Shown: positions 37,358 to 48,096, numbered from the stretch's first letter. The stretch is 64,000 nucleotides of DNA from an uncultured Bdellovibrionales bacterium (GCA_964594215.1 CAZQLN010000003.1:25447-89446), one strand, 5' to 3'. Notes: generated by a model not told the origin, from the letters alone. Numbers and translations are program-made.

Positions 37358-39187
37358 ATGGAAACAGAGAAAAAAGAAGAAAAAATTGGTTTTCGTGACG
37401 TCAAGAGGATTCTTGGCTGGTATTGGAAATTGACCAAGAAACACAGCAAGTGGTTCTGGCTTCTTTTGTTTTCCTATGGCACAGGCAGTTTGGTTGCTGA
37501 TGTTCTGTCAGTAGTGGTGTATAAGAAAATCATTGATGCTCTGACGGCTGGAAGTTTCGAGCAACCACTTCTCTGGCAGTACTTTTACTTATTGGTTTTA
37601 ATGAGTGTTTTTTATTTTACCCTTTTTCGTTTCGGTGAACTTTGTCTTCGTAAATACCACGTGGCCGCTTTGAAGGATTTGTCGAACTTCACATTTACTG
37701 AACTAGAAAAGCATTCGTATAATTTCTTCGCTAACCACTTTACAGGGTCTCTTACTTCTCAGTCGAGACGATTTGTAGATGGATTTGTGAATATTTCTGA
37801 AGGAATAGTTTTTGTCTATTGGATGAATCTTATTAGTGTCATAGGAATTCTTGTTGTTATAACGGTTTTTTCATGGCCTTTGGCTCTTTTTCTTTGCTTA
37901 TTTACACTCTTGATTGTTATTGCAGTCATACCGTTACTCAAAAAACGCATGAAGTATGATGCTGAAGAAGCAGAGGCTACTTCCAAGCTCACTGGGTATT
38001 TTTCTGATGTGATTACGAATGTTCTGAATGTTAAGATGTTTGCCTCGAGTACCTATGAGAAACGCAAGTTTCGTGAGATCACTGAGCTACAGGCCGAAGT
38101 AGAAGACAAGTCTTTCAAGGCCTGGAATCTGTTAGCTGCTATTCAGAATGGACTTATCGTATTGATGCGTATCATTCTCTTGGGAATAAGCCTTTATCTT
38201 TGGAGTCAGGGCAAGATAACTGCCGGTACGATTGTGCTGGCCTACTCTTACTCGCAGAGTATCTTCATGATCGCCTGGTCTTTTGTACGATCAACATCCG
38301 GTATGCTCAAGTCAGTAGCGAATGCTAAAGAGATGGTAGATATTTTTGAGCTTGAGACAGAAATTAAAGACCAAAAAAATCCTCAAGAATTGGTGGTTAC
38401 AGAAAGCAAAGTAACATTTATGAATGTAGAGTTTTCTTATCCCGAGGGAGAAAAAGTTTTTCAAGGGTTAAGTTTTACAGTTGCCCCAGGTGAACATGTA
38501 GGATTGGTTGGGCCGAGTGGTGGAGGTAAAAGTACCGTAACCAAACTCCTCTTACGTTTTGTTGAACCTACTTCCGGTACAATCAGTATCGATGGACAGG
38601 ATATTACCAAAGTACGTCAGGATGATCTTCGTACAGCGATTGCATACGTGCCTCAGGATCCAGCGCTTTTTCATCGATCTCTCCAAGAGAATATTTCTTA
38701 CGCTAAGCCAGAGGCAACTGACGCAGAAATTATCGAGGCAGCCAAAAAATCGCATGCCCATGAGTTTATAGGCAAACTCAAAGAAGGATACGATACACTA
38801 GTAGGTGAGCGTGGCGTCAAACTCTCAGGTGGCCAACGTCAGCGTATCGCTATTACACGAGCTATTCTCAAAAACGCTCCAATACTTGTCATGGATGAAG
38901 CTACGAGTGCGCTCGATACCATTAGCGAAGTAGCTATCCGAGAAGCCATCTCTGAACTTATCGAAAACAAAACAGCGATCATCATTGCTCATCGATTGAG
39001 TACGGTAGAAAAGATGGATCGGATTATTGTCCTTGGCAAAGACGGTACTATCCAAGAAGAGGGGAGTCATAGCGACCTTATCAATCGAGGAGGATTGTAT
39101 AGTACACTCTGGAATCATCAGACAGGCGGTTTTTTGCCTGAGGATGAGGATATTGAAGAAGAAACAGAGGAAAGTATCGGAGCCTAG
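37358..39187 (+). CDS. ABC exporter, fused permease-ATPase
   Basis: N-terminal TMD, GPSGGGKS, VGERGVKLSGGQRQR, DEATSALD, IAHRLST. Confidence 0.93.
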   Translation: METEKKEEKIGFRDVKRILGWYWKLTKKHSKWFWLLLFSYGTGSLVADVLSVVVYKKIIDALTAGSFEQPLLWQYFYLLVLMSVFYFTLFRFGELCLRKYHVAALKDLSNFTFTELEKHSYNFFANHFTGSLTSQSRRFVDGFVNISEGIVFVYWMNLISVIGILVVITVFSWPLALFLCLFTLLIVIAVIPLLKKRMKYDAEEAEATSKLTGYFSDVITNVLNVKMFASSTYEKRKFREITELQAEVEDKSFKAWNLLAAIQNGLIVLMRIILLGISLYLWSQGKITAGTIVLAYSYSQSIFMIAWSFVRSTSGMLKSVANAKEMVDIFELETEIKDQKNPQELVVTESKVTFMNVEFSYPEGEKVFQGLSFTVAPGEHVGLVGPSGGGKSTVTKLLLRFVEPTSGTISIDGQDITKVRQDDLRTAIAYVPQDPALFHRSLQENISYAKPEATDAEIIEAAKKSHAHEFIGKLKEGYDTLVGERGVKLSGGQRQRIAITRAILKNAPILVMDEATSALDTISEVAIREAISELIENKTAIIIAHRLSTVEKMDRIIVLGKDGTIQEEGSHSDLINRGGLYSTLWNHQTGGFLPEDEDIEEETEESIGA

Positions 39188-39247
39188 ATAAAATGTCCAA
39201 AATACGCTACAATGGGGTATCTTAGCGAGATATCCTTTTTATTTACT

Positions 39248-40345
39248 ATGTCATCTATTGAACGAGCCATCCATTTTTTTCAAAAAAGCTTAATAGAGCG
39301 ATTTTTCAGCAATCTTTCGCAGGATATTGGTATTGATCTAGGAACAGCTAATACCTTGGTATATGTCAAAGGTAAGGGTATTGTCATCAATGAACCATCG
39401 GTAGTAGCCGTCAATCAGCGAACCGGACAAATCCTAGCTATCGGTAAGGAGGCTAAAAAAATGGTTGGTAAAACTCCGAGCCATATCGTCGCTACGAGAC
39501 CTCTTGTAGATGGAGTTATCAGTGACTTTGAGATTACTCAGCAGATGCTCCGGTATTTTATTAACAAGGTGCAGCAAGAAAGCTTATCTTTTATTCGTCG
39601 ACCACGAGTACTCATCGGTATTCCTTCGGGTGTGACAGAGGTGGAAAAACGCGCTGTGATCGAAGCGGCTTTGGCCGCTGGCGCTCGCCAAGCCTTTCTT
39701 ATCGATGAACCAATGGCTGCAGCTATCGGTGCCCGTCTTCCAGTTATTGATGCCACCGGGAATATGGTGGTCGATATCGGAGGGGGTACGACTGAGATTG
39801 CTGTCATTTCTCTTGGAGGAGTAGTTCTCTCGAGGAGTCTCCGTATTGCGGGTGATGAAATGAATGAAGACATCGTACGCTACTGTCGTGATGAGTTTAA
39901 TATTCTTATCGGTGAACGCACAGCCGAAGAGATCAAGATTGCCATAGGTAGTGCCTATCCACAGAAAGAAAAACTGACGTACGCTATTCGTGGACGTGAC
40001 TTGGTCTCAGGTCTTCCGAAGGAAATTGTAGCGACTGATGAGCATGTGCGAGAAGGACTTTCTCGTTCCATTCGTATCATCGTCAATAGTATCAAGACTA
40101 TCATCGAAGAAACTCCACCAGAATTAATTTCAGATATTATGCATCGAGGTATTATTCTTGCAGGTGGAGGAAGTCTCATTCGAGGACTAGACCGTTTGAT
40201 CGCTAACCAAACCGGTATTCCAGTGCGACTCATGGAAGATCCACTGACAGCGGTAGTGCGGGGTACGGGTATCGTACTTGATGATATGGAGCACCTCAAA
40301 GAAGTTCTTATCGAAGAAGAGGCTGGCCGACCACTTGGGTCTTAA
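39248..40345 (+). CDS. mreB: rod shape-determining protein MreB
   Basis: GIDLGTANT, EPSVVA, EPMAAAIGA, DIGGGTTE. Confidence 0.97.
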   Translation: MSSIERAIHFFQKSLIERFFSNLSQDIGIDLGTANTLVYVKGKGIVINEPSVVAVNQRTGQILAIGKEAKKMVGKTPSHIVATRPLVDGVISDFEITQQMLRYFINKVQQESLSFIRRPRVLIGIPSGVTEVEKRAVIEAALAAGARQAFLIDEPMAAAIGARLPVIDATGNMVVDIGGGTTEIAVISLGGVVLSRSLRIAGDEMNEDIVRYCRDEFNILIGERTAEEIKIAIGSAYPQKEKLTYAIRGRDLVSGLPKEIVATDEHVREGLSRSIRIIVNSIKTIIEETPPELISDIMHRGIILAGGGSLIRGLDRLIANQTGIPVRLMEDPLTAVVRGTGIVLDDMEHLKEVLIEEEAGRPLGS

Positions 40346-40356
40346 ATACTATCCTT

Positions 40357-41175
40357 ATGGGAGAGCGAAGAAATTTTCTCCAATCAAAATTTTTCTGGGC
40401 ATTGTTTGTTAGTGCTTGTCTAGGAGTGACTATTTGGTGGCAACCATTTTTCATTACACGTCCAATCAAAATTATAGGTACCAGTGTGCTTTGGCCAGTA
40501 CAGAGCTTTTTTGCGCCGGTGGCTTTTGAGCTTCAGGATATGAAAGTGTTTTTCCAAAGTATTGGTGAATACAAACGCGCTAACGAAAACCTTCAAAAAG
40601 AGAAGCTGGTTTTGGAAACCGAAAACGCTCGCTTGCGTGACATGGCCGCAGAGAACAAGGACCTACGGAAACAACTCGAACTCCTCCCGCGAGGAACGTA
40701 TGATCTCAAGAGCGCTACGGTCATTGGGAGAGATGTTTCCGGTCTTGGTAATTGGATTCATATTAATCAGGGGAGTGACTCGGGTATCAAACCGGGGATG
40801 GCGGTTATTGTCGAGGCAGGGGTTTTGGTAGGACGAGTCGATGAAGTATTTCCTCTTACTTCTCGAGTAGAACTTCTCTCTAGGGCGGAGAGTATCGTCA
40901 ATGCTGTCACCCTTGATACCAACGCTGAGGGGGTAGTCAAGGGAGAGCATGGGCTTGGTATAGTCTATGATATGGTGCTTCAATCTGATCAGCTCAAAAA
41001 CGGAGACACGGTAGTCACTTCTGGTTTGGGTCAGGTTATCCCGAAAGGACTACTCATAGGAACCCTCCAAGACGTACGCCTGACCGATGATAAGTTATTC
41101 CAACGAGCTACCATCCAATCGCCAGTACGTTTTGATCGTCTTCGTAATGTATTTGTCATTAGAGGAGAAAAATAA
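40357..41175 (+). CDS. mreC: rod shape-determining protein MreC
   Basis: TM plus coiled coil (ENARLR...ENKDLRKQL), GDTVVTSGLG; synteny. Confidence 0.93.
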   Translation: MGERRNFLQSKFFWALFVSACLGVTIWWQPFFITRPIKIIGTSVLWPVQSFFAPVAFELQDMKVFFQSIGEYKRANENLQKEKLVLETENARLRDMAAENKDLRKQLELLPRGTYDLKSATVIGRDVSGLGNWIHINQGSDSGIKPGMAVIVEAGVLVGRVDEVFPLTSRVELLSRAESIVNAVTLDTNAEGVVKGEHGLGIVYDMVLQSDQLKNGDTVVTSGLGQVIPKGLLIGTLQDVRLTDDKLFQRATIQSPVRFDRLRNVFVIRGEK

Positions 41176-41690
41176 TGAAAGTAGCACTCTATCATAGTCT
41201 GTTATTCATTTTCCTACTTGCCGTGCAAATTTCTTTTTTGGATGTGTTGTTTCCTGATTTCCTAGTTCCTCTGATCATTCTCTCAGCGGTAGTTGTCTGG
41301 ACAGTGGGTCTCGGTTTTCGACAGGCTCTTTGGTATCTATTACCACTGCTTATCCTGTATGAAGTACTGGTAGTTGGAGGAATCCACTTGCTCAGTATTT
41401 ATGGAGTACTCTTGGCCTATGGGACGAGCTTTCTTTCTCGCCGAATGCTTATCGAAAACAGTATCCTCGCTTCTCTTTTTTATGCTCTCGGCATTATCAG
41501 TTCAGCTTGTTTGTATCAATGGATAACTCAGGAAGGCTTTCATAAGGCGTGGTCACTACCTTCTTTTACAAGTATTCTTTTTCAAATCTTGGTTGCCATT
41601 CCAGTGTTTCTTTTGACCAGGAAAATCCTTTTTGCCTTTCAGGCTCGTATGGATACACTGCGTTCTGATAGAGCTTTGATGATTCGTTAG
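41175..41690 (+). CDS. mreD: rod shape-determining protein MreD (divergent)
   Basis: Hydrophobic 171-aa protein between mreC and mrdA. Confidence 0.7.
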   Translation: MKVALYHSLLFIFLLAVQISFLDVLFPDFLVPLIILSAVVVWTVGLGFRQALWYLLPLLILYEVLVVGGIHLLSIYGVLLAYGTSFLSRRMLIENSILASLFYALGIISSACLYQWITQEGFHKAWSLPSFTSILFQILVAIPVFLLTRKILFAFQARMDTLRSDRALMIR

Positions 41691-41694
41691 TCTT

Positions 41695-43590
41695 ATGAAA
41701 CTATTTCGTCAAAAATATAGAGTAGGAAGAGATACGGAACATGAAATAGATGATGCCGTATTGACTGTGACTCAGCCAGATACTGCCAAACTTGAACAAC
41801 CTCTTGAGCGTGCCTCACTCTCATTTTTTTGGATTGTCGCTTGCTTAGCTCTCGTTCTTCTCGTATCCAAAGTCTTTGCTCTGACTGTGGTAGAGGGCGA
41901 GAAGTATCAACTTGCTTCCACTCAGAATAGTTTGCGAGCCCTCGTTATCCCAGCTCCAAGAGGTACCATTTTCGATCGTTTTGGGAAACCTCTTGTCTAC
42001 AATGTGCCAAGTATTGATCTGGTAGCGGTAGCGGCTGATCTACCAACAGAAGAAAACGAGCGAACCGCTCTCAAAGAACGCCTACAGAAAGAGTTTGGTA
42101 TTGAACGATCATTTCTCGACCAAACCTTTGATTTACTACCACCTCAATCCAACCAAGGAGCTCCAATCAAAGAACAGCTCACCCAAGAGGAAACCCTTCG
42201 CTTTTTAGGTAAACGTGATCAATATGCTGGTATCAGTTTGTATAAAACGACGCATCGCGACTATGTCGATAGCGCTATCTTTGCTCACCTGATGGGCTAT
42301 GAAGGTAAAATCAAGCCCGAGGAATTGGAAGAACATCCAGATTATCTTCTCACAGATTCCATCGGTAAGCAGGGGATCGAGAAAAGTTACGAAGCAGTAC
42401 TTCGTGGTAAGCATGGTTATCAGCAAGCAGAAGTAGATGCTCTCGGTCATGTGAAGCGAGAACTGGGTGTCATTAACCCAATAGCTGGAAATGACTTAGT
42501 ACTTAATATTGATGCGGATCTTCAGAAAAAAATTTATGACAGTCTTGAAGCAACACTTGTCAAAGCAGGCGCCAACAAGGCAGCAGCTATCGCTATCGAT
42601 CCACGTAATGGCGCTGTGCGAGCAGTAGTTAGTCTACCAAGTTTTGACAATAATCTTTTTGCTACCGGTATTGGTCAGGAGGATTATCAGAAACTCTCAA
42701 ACGATGAATCAAAACCATTATTCAATCGAGCTCTGAGTGGCGAGTATCCACCAGGTTCGACTATCAAACCAGTTCTAGCGTCTGCCGCTTTGAGTGAAGG
42801 CGTTGTTACTCCTGAGCAAGAAATAGAGAGTCGAGGTGGTATCCAGGTGGGAAATTTTTTCTTTGGTGACTGGAAAGCTCATGGTTTCACGGATATCAGA
42901 CGCGCCATCGCAGTTTCTAGCGATGTGTATTTCTATACGGTTGGCGGAGGCTATGGCGGTGTCGGCGGACTCGGTATTGAACGGATGAAAAAATATGAGA
43001 ATCTTTTTGGGTATGGAGAAATTACTGGTATCGATTTTCCGAGCGAGGGCAATGGTTTTATTCCGAGTCCTGAATGGAAGAAAAACAAGATAGGGGAGCG
43101 CTGGTATATCGGAGATGATTATAACTCTTCTATTGGTCAGGGTTATATCACCGCTACGCCACTACAAATCCTCAATTCGATTGCTACCATTGCTAATGGA
43201 GGGACGCTCTATGCGCCTCGTATTGGAAGTTCGATCAAGTCAGCTGATGATAAGATTACTTCAATTGAGAGTCAGATTATTCGCAAGGATTTTATTCGTC
43301 CCGATATCTTACAAATAGTGCGTGAAGGTATGCGAGAAACCGTGACTGAGGGCACTGCTCAGAGCCTCAAAGATTTGCCGGTAGAAGTGGCTGGTAAGAC
43401 GGGTACTGCCCAGTTTGGAGCGGATCACAAGACCCACGGCTGGTTTGTCTCATTTGCACCGTATAATAACCCCGAATTGGCCCTTATAGTCCTCGTAGAG
43501 GGCCAAGGAACCGAGGAGACCTATAATGCTGTTCCTGTGACCAAAGAGGTCTATCAGTGGTATTTTGAGCGTGATAAAGAGAATAGGTAA
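41695..43590 (+). CDS. mrdA: penicillin-binding protein 2
   Basis: APRGTIFDR, PGSTIK (SxxK), SSD, KTGTAQ. Confidence 0.94.
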   Translation: MKLFRQKYRVGRDTEHEIDDAVLTVTQPDTAKLEQPLERASLSFFWIVACLALVLLVSKVFALTVVEGEKYQLASTQNSLRALVIPAPRGTIFDRFGKPLVYNVPSIDLVAVAADLPTEENERTALKERLQKEFGIERSFLDQTFDLLPPQSNQGAPIKEQLTQEETLRFLGKRDQYAGISLYKTTHRDYVDSAIFAHLMGYEGKIKPEELEEHPDYLLTDSIGKQGIEKSYEAVLRGKHGYQQAEVDALGHVKRELGVINPIAGNDLVLNIDADLQKKIYDSLEATLVKAGANKAAAIAIDPRNGAVRAVVSLPSFDNNLFATGIGQEDYQKLSNDESKPLFNRALSGEYPPGSTIKPVLASAALSEGVVTPEQEIESRGGIQVGNFFFGDWKAHGFTDIRRAIAVSSDVYFYTVGGGYGGVGGLGIERMKKYENLFGYGEITGIDFPSEGNGFIPSPEWKKNKIGERWYIGDDYNSSIGQGYITATPLQILNSIATIANGGTLYAPRIGSSIKSADDKITSIESQIIRKDFIRPDILQIVREGMRETVTEGTAQSLKDLPVEVAGKTGTAQFGADHKTHGWFVSFAPYNNPELALIVLVEGQGTEETYNAVPVTKEVYQWYFERDKENR

Positions 43591-43629
43591 GGGAGGCTTC
43601 AAGCCTTAAAATAGAGACTTTAGAGCCTC

Positions 43630-43712
43630 TTGACAGAGTGAGTCCAAAAGTATACTATTCAGTACAAACTTGAGACATCTTCACTCTTTTTAGAGCGGAG
43701 TTTTCTTTTTTA
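43630..43712 (+). promoter_or_regulatory. greA promoter and leader hairpin with U-tract
   Basis: TTGACA-17 nt-TACTAT, then cttcactct-tttt-agagcggag-ttttctttttt before the ATG. Confidence 0.55.
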
Positions 43713-43735
43713 GTCTAATTGCCAAGTATAAAAAA

Positions 43736-44191
43736 ATGAGCAAGATATTTACTGCCGAAGGTTTGAAAAAACTTCAAGAAGAACTGGAGGATCGTAAGGT
43801 GCGTATGCGCCAAGAAATAGCACAGTCTATCAAGGAAGCCAAGGAACAGGGCGATCTTTCTGAAAATGCTGAATACACTGAGGCAAAGCGTAGTCAAAAT
43901 GAAAATGAAAGCCGTATCGCAGAGATTGAGGCATTGCTGAAAGATTCTGTAGTGGCCGCTAAACACCGCAAGAGTAGTCATGTCGAGATCGGCTCTACTG
44001 TGGTTGTGAAGTTTCATGGTAAAGAAATGACCTTTGAAATCGTTGGTTCGAATGAAGTAGACCCAAGCAAGGGTCGTATATCTCACGAATCACCACTTGG
44101 TGGAGAGTTCATGGGCAAACAGAAGGGTGATAAGGTAGAGATCCAAGCCCCAGCAGGCAAGGTCAAATACGAAATTGTTTCTGTAGCGTAA
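43736..44191 (+). CDS. greA: transcription elongation factor GreA
   Basis: GDLSENAEY, ISHESPLG. Confidence 0.97.
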   Translation: MSKIFTAEGLKKLQEELEDRKVRMRQEIAQSIKEAKEQGDLSENAEYTEAKRSQNENESRIAEIEALLKDSVVAAKHRKSSHVEIGSTVVVKFHGKEMTFEIVGSNEVDPSKGRISHESPLGGEFMGKQKGDKVEIQAPAGKVKYEIVSVA

Positions 44192-44208
44192 GCCCTCTAC
44201 ATTCTAGG

Positions 44209-44250
44209 AAAAAGACCGGACTCACTCAGGAGCCGGTCTTTGCTTTTCTC
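44209..44250 (+). terminator. terminator after greA
   Basis: aaagaccgg...ccggtcttt stem. Confidence 0.7.
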
Positions 44251-44280
44251 TTGAAAATGCCTATAATAAGCATATTGCTT

Positions 44281-45747
44281 ATGGCTGAAGATTTACGAGA
44301 AGATATTATTGCGACCAAAAACCAGAAATTAGAAACCCTTTCTAAGGCTTTTTCGGTTGTTTATCCTGAGAAAAATCATCGCACCCATACCAACCAGCAA
44401 GCCCTTGATGGTTTCGATGAATTTACGAAGAATGGGGAAGTACTTATCTTAGTTGGACGCGTGCGCTCATTGCGTATTATCGGCAAGATCGGCTTTGCCC
44501 ATATTGAAGATGGAGATGCTAAGATTCAAGTTTTTCTTAATTTACAGGTTTTGGGTGATGAAAAGTTCAAACTTTTTGTTGATACTATTGAAACAGGGGA
44601 TTTTATAGAAGTAACAGGGAAGCTCTTTCTGACTAAAAAAGAAGAAAAAACTCTCGAAGTAGCCGATTGGACTATTCTGGGTAAGTCTATGCGGCCTATC
44701 CCGACGGAATTCTACGGATTGAAAGATGAAGAAGAGTTATTGCGTCGCCGCTATCTTGATTTGTTGGCTAACCCAGAAACACGAGAACTGTTTCGTAAGA
44801 AAAATATTTTTTGGCAAACAGTACGGAATACACTGGTAGATGAGGGTTTCTTAGAGGTACAGACGCCTGTTCTTGAGCATGTGCCCGGTGGCGCTGATGC
44901 TGAGCCTTTTATTACTCATCACAATGCTTTGGATCAAGATTTTTACTTACGTATTTCTCTTGAACTTCATCTAAAAAGATTGTTAGTCGGTGGGTATGAA
45001 AAGGTATTCGAGATCGGACGTCTGTTTCGTAATGAAGGTATCGACAGAGAGCATCTCCAAGAATACGATGATGTTGAATTTTATTGGGCTTATGGAGATC
45101 TAGATAAAGGAATAGCGCTCACCGAAAAGATGATTAAGGCCATCGTATTCAACGTGACTGGTGGTTATGAAACTATTTTTGAGGGTGAAACTATTGATTG
45201 GGGTCAAGATTATCCTCGGATAGACTATTTTGTGGAATTTGAAAAAGAAACTGGTATTAATCTTTCAGATGAGGTTTCTGTCAAAGACTTGAAAGCAAAA
45301 GCTGATGAGCTTGGTATTAAGTACGAAGATTCTTATGGCAAGGGAAGGATGATTGACACTATTTACAAGAGGACTGTCCGTCAACGATTGATCCAGCCTT
45401 GTATCCTTGTAGGACACCCTATTGAAGTATCGCCACTCTCCAAGACGGATCCAGCAAATCCGAAAAAGGTTTTGCGAGCACAGTTAGTGGCCGTCAAAAG
45501 TGAATTGACGAATTCTTTCGCAGAGCTCAATGATCCAATGGAACAACGGCGTCGTTTTGAGGAGCAGATGAAGCTACGAGAAGATGGTGATAATGAAGCT
45601 CAAATGATTGATGAGGATTTCTTACAAGCACTCGAGTACGGTATGCCACCAGCCTTTGGTTTTGGTATGAGCGAAAGACTTTTCGCCATTCTGATGGATC
45701 GCTCTATTCGAGAAACGGTTATTTTCCCACCGATGAAGAGTAGATAA
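44281..45747 (+). CDS. lysS: lysine--tRNA ligase (class II)
   Basis: RRRYLDL, YLRISLELHLKRL, FRNEGID, ALEYGMPP. Confidence 0.97.
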   Translation: MAEDLREDIIATKNQKLETLSKAFSVVYPEKNHRTHTNQQALDGFDEFTKNGEVLILVGRVRSLRIIGKIGFAHIEDGDAKIQVFLNLQVLGDEKFKLFVDTIETGDFIEVTGKLFLTKKEEKTLEVADWTILGKSMRPIPTEFYGLKDEEELLRRRYLDLLANPETRELFRKKNIFWQTVRNTLVDEGFLEVQTPVLEHVPGGADAEPFITHHNALDQDFYLRISLELHLKRLLVGGYEKVFEIGRLFRNEGIDREHLQEYDDVEFYWAYGDLDKGIALTEKMIKAIVFNVTGGYETIFEGETIDWGQDYPRIDYFVEFEKETGINLSDEVSVKDLKAKADELGIKYEDSYGKGRMIDTIYKRTVRQRLIQPCILVGHPIEVSPLSKTDPANPKKVLRAQLVAVKSELTNSFAELNDPMEQRRRFEEQMKLREDGDNEAQMIDEDFLQALEYGMPPAFGFGMSERLFAILMDRSIRETVIFPPMKSR

Positions 45748-45771
45748 GATAATTTTGTAAACCACAAACTT

Positions 45772-46293
45772 ATGACTCAAAAAGAATACCAGATGGAGGA
45801 GCAAATCAAGCGATGGAATATCGTAGCCATTGGGATTTTTGTCATTCTTACGCTGCTAGCAATACGTTGTCTTGATGTTCGTGATATACAATTGCAATAC
45901 CTTTCACTAGGTGACTTCATGATACTCGCCCTGGCTATCATGCGGGTTATTCGTCTCATAGCTTATGATAATATCACCCTTTTTCTTCGCGAAGCCTTTC
46001 TTGATGTCAAAACGGTTCGTTATGCAGAAGAAGGGGAAGAATTTATCGAGCGAGTCCCTTCTGAAAATTCTCTCAAGCGTACCATATCAAAACTACTCAA
46101 CTGTCCATGGTGTCTAGGCGTCTGGGTGGCCTTGTTTGTTCTTTATTTTGCCCTTGTGTACCCAAGTCTTTGGATTATCTTTGTCTTACTCGCTCTCTCA
46201 GGAGTGGCAAGTCTGATCCAGATAGCAGCCAATCTTATGGGCTGGAATGCGGAGTACCGTAAGATAGCGACTGAAAAAACCATTAGTATGTAG
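45772..46293 (+). CDS. DUF1360-like membrane protein
   Basis: RLIAYDNIT..LRE and LLNCPWCLGVW. Confidence 0.75.
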   Translation: MTQKEYQMEEQIKRWNIVAIGIFVILTLLAIRCLDVRDIQLQYLSLGDFMILALAIMRVIRLIAYDNITLFLREAFLDVKTVRYAEEGEEFIERVPSENSLKRTISKLLNCPWCLGVWVALFVLYFALVYPSLWIIFVLLALSGVASLIQIAANLMGWNAEYRKIATEKTISM

Positions 46294-46299
46294 TAAGAT

Positions 46300-47466
46300 A
46301 TGCCAAGTTTTGAACGACCAAGGCTGACTGAAGTCATACCTATAAATGAAGAGGGTATCAGTAAATTAAGAGATACCTTTGAAAACTATTTTTCTCAAAT
46401 AAACAGTGAGACCGGAGTAAGCGTATTTTTGGAGGCTGTAAAAGAAGTTAACTCAATTGAGATAAGTGCTAAGAATCAAGAGTACGTTAAAGGATGGCTT
46501 GCTCAAATCCTTGAGAAGTCTTACTATTTAGCATTTATAGCTGGTATATCTACAGAAGTCTTTTCTAAGGAACTTCAAACAGGTTTAACTTTAGTGCCAA
46601 TAATTCCTGACTATCTGAATGAAAGTCACGAAAGAGAGCTCAAAAGAGAGCCTGCTTTTATGGAGAGTATAGAGGGCACCCTAGAAAGATTTTCATATAT
46701 TGAAAAGTTGCCACAGATATTTAGAAAAAAAGTGCAAGCTATAATAATAGGAGGATCAATGAGTTACGGACCATTTTTTAATATTCGAAAGAATTTAGAC
46801 AAAACAGGAAGTTCAGATATTGATGCTATCTTTGTGATGAAAGAAGATTTTTTGGATGACGATAACTGGGAATTATTTAACACTTCTTCTCAATTCTTTG
46901 AAGAAGATAAAATCGAATTTCAAAAAAGAAAAAAAGATTTTAAAACACTCTACGTGCAAAATCAGGCAGATGTATTTAGTCAACGCTTCAATGTTCCGGG
47001 ACGTGATTTTAATATGAGCGTACATTTCTTTACTCTTGAGAATCTTGAGAAGATGTGCAATTCTGAACTCAAGGATGATTTAAAGTTGAATCTTGATAGG
47101 GTTAAAATTTTAAGAGATTTTAAGGCTAGAAAATTTGAACACAAAGATTGCAATCAGTTAAACTTTTTTGGAGAAATATTTTCATACCCCATTCCAGAAC
47201 AGAAGCCAGTTGATGGTGGGTACATTGCAAATTTACCCAGTTACATGATTAGGGGAGGTCATCTGTATCCAGGAATCTATCAGAATATAATATCACCAGA
47301 ATTTTCAGTCTTTTGTGATAATGGAGGAGAGGTGGGAGATTTGGTAAAGGTCTTTCAACAAAATATTCAAAATAGACTTGATGATGAAAATAATGTAAAA
47401 GAGGGAGCTGGTTCTATAAAGGAATCTCACTTCAGAAACCATTTTTTTGCTTTAGGAAGATACTAA
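46300..47466 (+). CDS. hypothetical protein with a Pol-beta-type nucleotidyltransferase motif
   Basis: IIIGGSMSYG...SSDIDAIFV; AT-rich. Confidence 0.6.
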   Translation: MPSFERPRLTEVIPINEEGISKLRDTFENYFSQINSETGVSVFLEAVKEVNSIEISAKNQEYVKGWLAQILEKSYYLAFIAGISTEVFSKELQTGLTLVPIIPDYLNESHERELKREPAFMESIEGTLERFSYIEKLPQIFRKKVQAIIIGGSMSYGPFFNIRKNLDKTGSSDIDAIFVMKEDFLDDDNWELFNTSSQFFEEDKIEFQKRKKDFKTLYVQNQADVFSQRFNVPGRDFNMSVHFFTLENLEKMCNSELKDDLKLNLDRVKILRDFKARKFEHKDCNQLNFFGEIFSYPIPEQKPVDGGYIANLPSYMIRGGHLYPGIYQNIISPEFSVFCDNGGEVGDLVKVFQQNIQNRLDDENNVKEGAGSIKESHFRNHFFALGRY

Positions 47467-47469
47467 AAA

Positions 47470-48027
47470 TTACATCTTTTCAAATACATGGACTGCTTGA
47501 GCCATGCTGCGGACATCGTGGAGAGCGTTGTGTACGTGTCCGTACATCTCTAGTCCAGCTGCCTGATAGAGTGTTCCGCTAGAGTAGGCATCAGCATCAA
47601 TTTTCCATCCAGAAAGTAGGGGCTTGACTTTAATAAAGGGTAAATCTTCAAAAGGATAGGCGATCCCAAAGTAAGAACAGTTCTGTTGTAATACTCCCCA
47701 ATCAGCATTGAATGTCCAGATGGGATAGTTTTTGACAAAGTCTACAAGACTTTTTAGCGCTGTTGGAAAATCAATCGCATTAGTAGTTAGTTGAGAATCA
47801 GTAATATTTGTAAGTTCAACGAAAAAAGGTGGAAGTTTTTTTTCAAAAGCTGGCCATGTCAACACGTCAAAACTAGTCACTTCTTTTCCAGTATGATTAT
47901 CGAACAAAATAGCAGAAATTTGGACTATTTGACGCTTTTCATTTTCATCGGGACGACCCTTTTCGGGAGTCATTTCGGGATAGCAGTATTCTAGGTCTAA
48001 GTACACTCGATAGTCATTTTCTTTCAT
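47470..48027 (-). CDS. DEDDh 3'-5' exonuclease
   Basis: YLDLEY, IVQI, ELTNI, FNAD, HNALHD. Confidence 0.85.
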   Translation of the reverse strand: MKENDYRVYLDLEYCYPEMTPEKGRPDENEKRQIVQISAILFDNHTGKEVTSFDVLTWPAFEKKLPPFFVELTNITDSQLTTNAIDFPTALKSLVDFVKNYPIWTFNADWGVLQQNCSYFGIAYPFEDLPFIKVKPLLSGWKIDADAYSSGTLYQAAGLEMYGHVHNALHDVRSMAQAVHVFEKM

Positions 48028-48096
48028 AGAATGAGTTTATTGTTTTTATAGAGCCTTTTTGCTATTATTAAACAGCAATTCTATTCTATCAAATCC

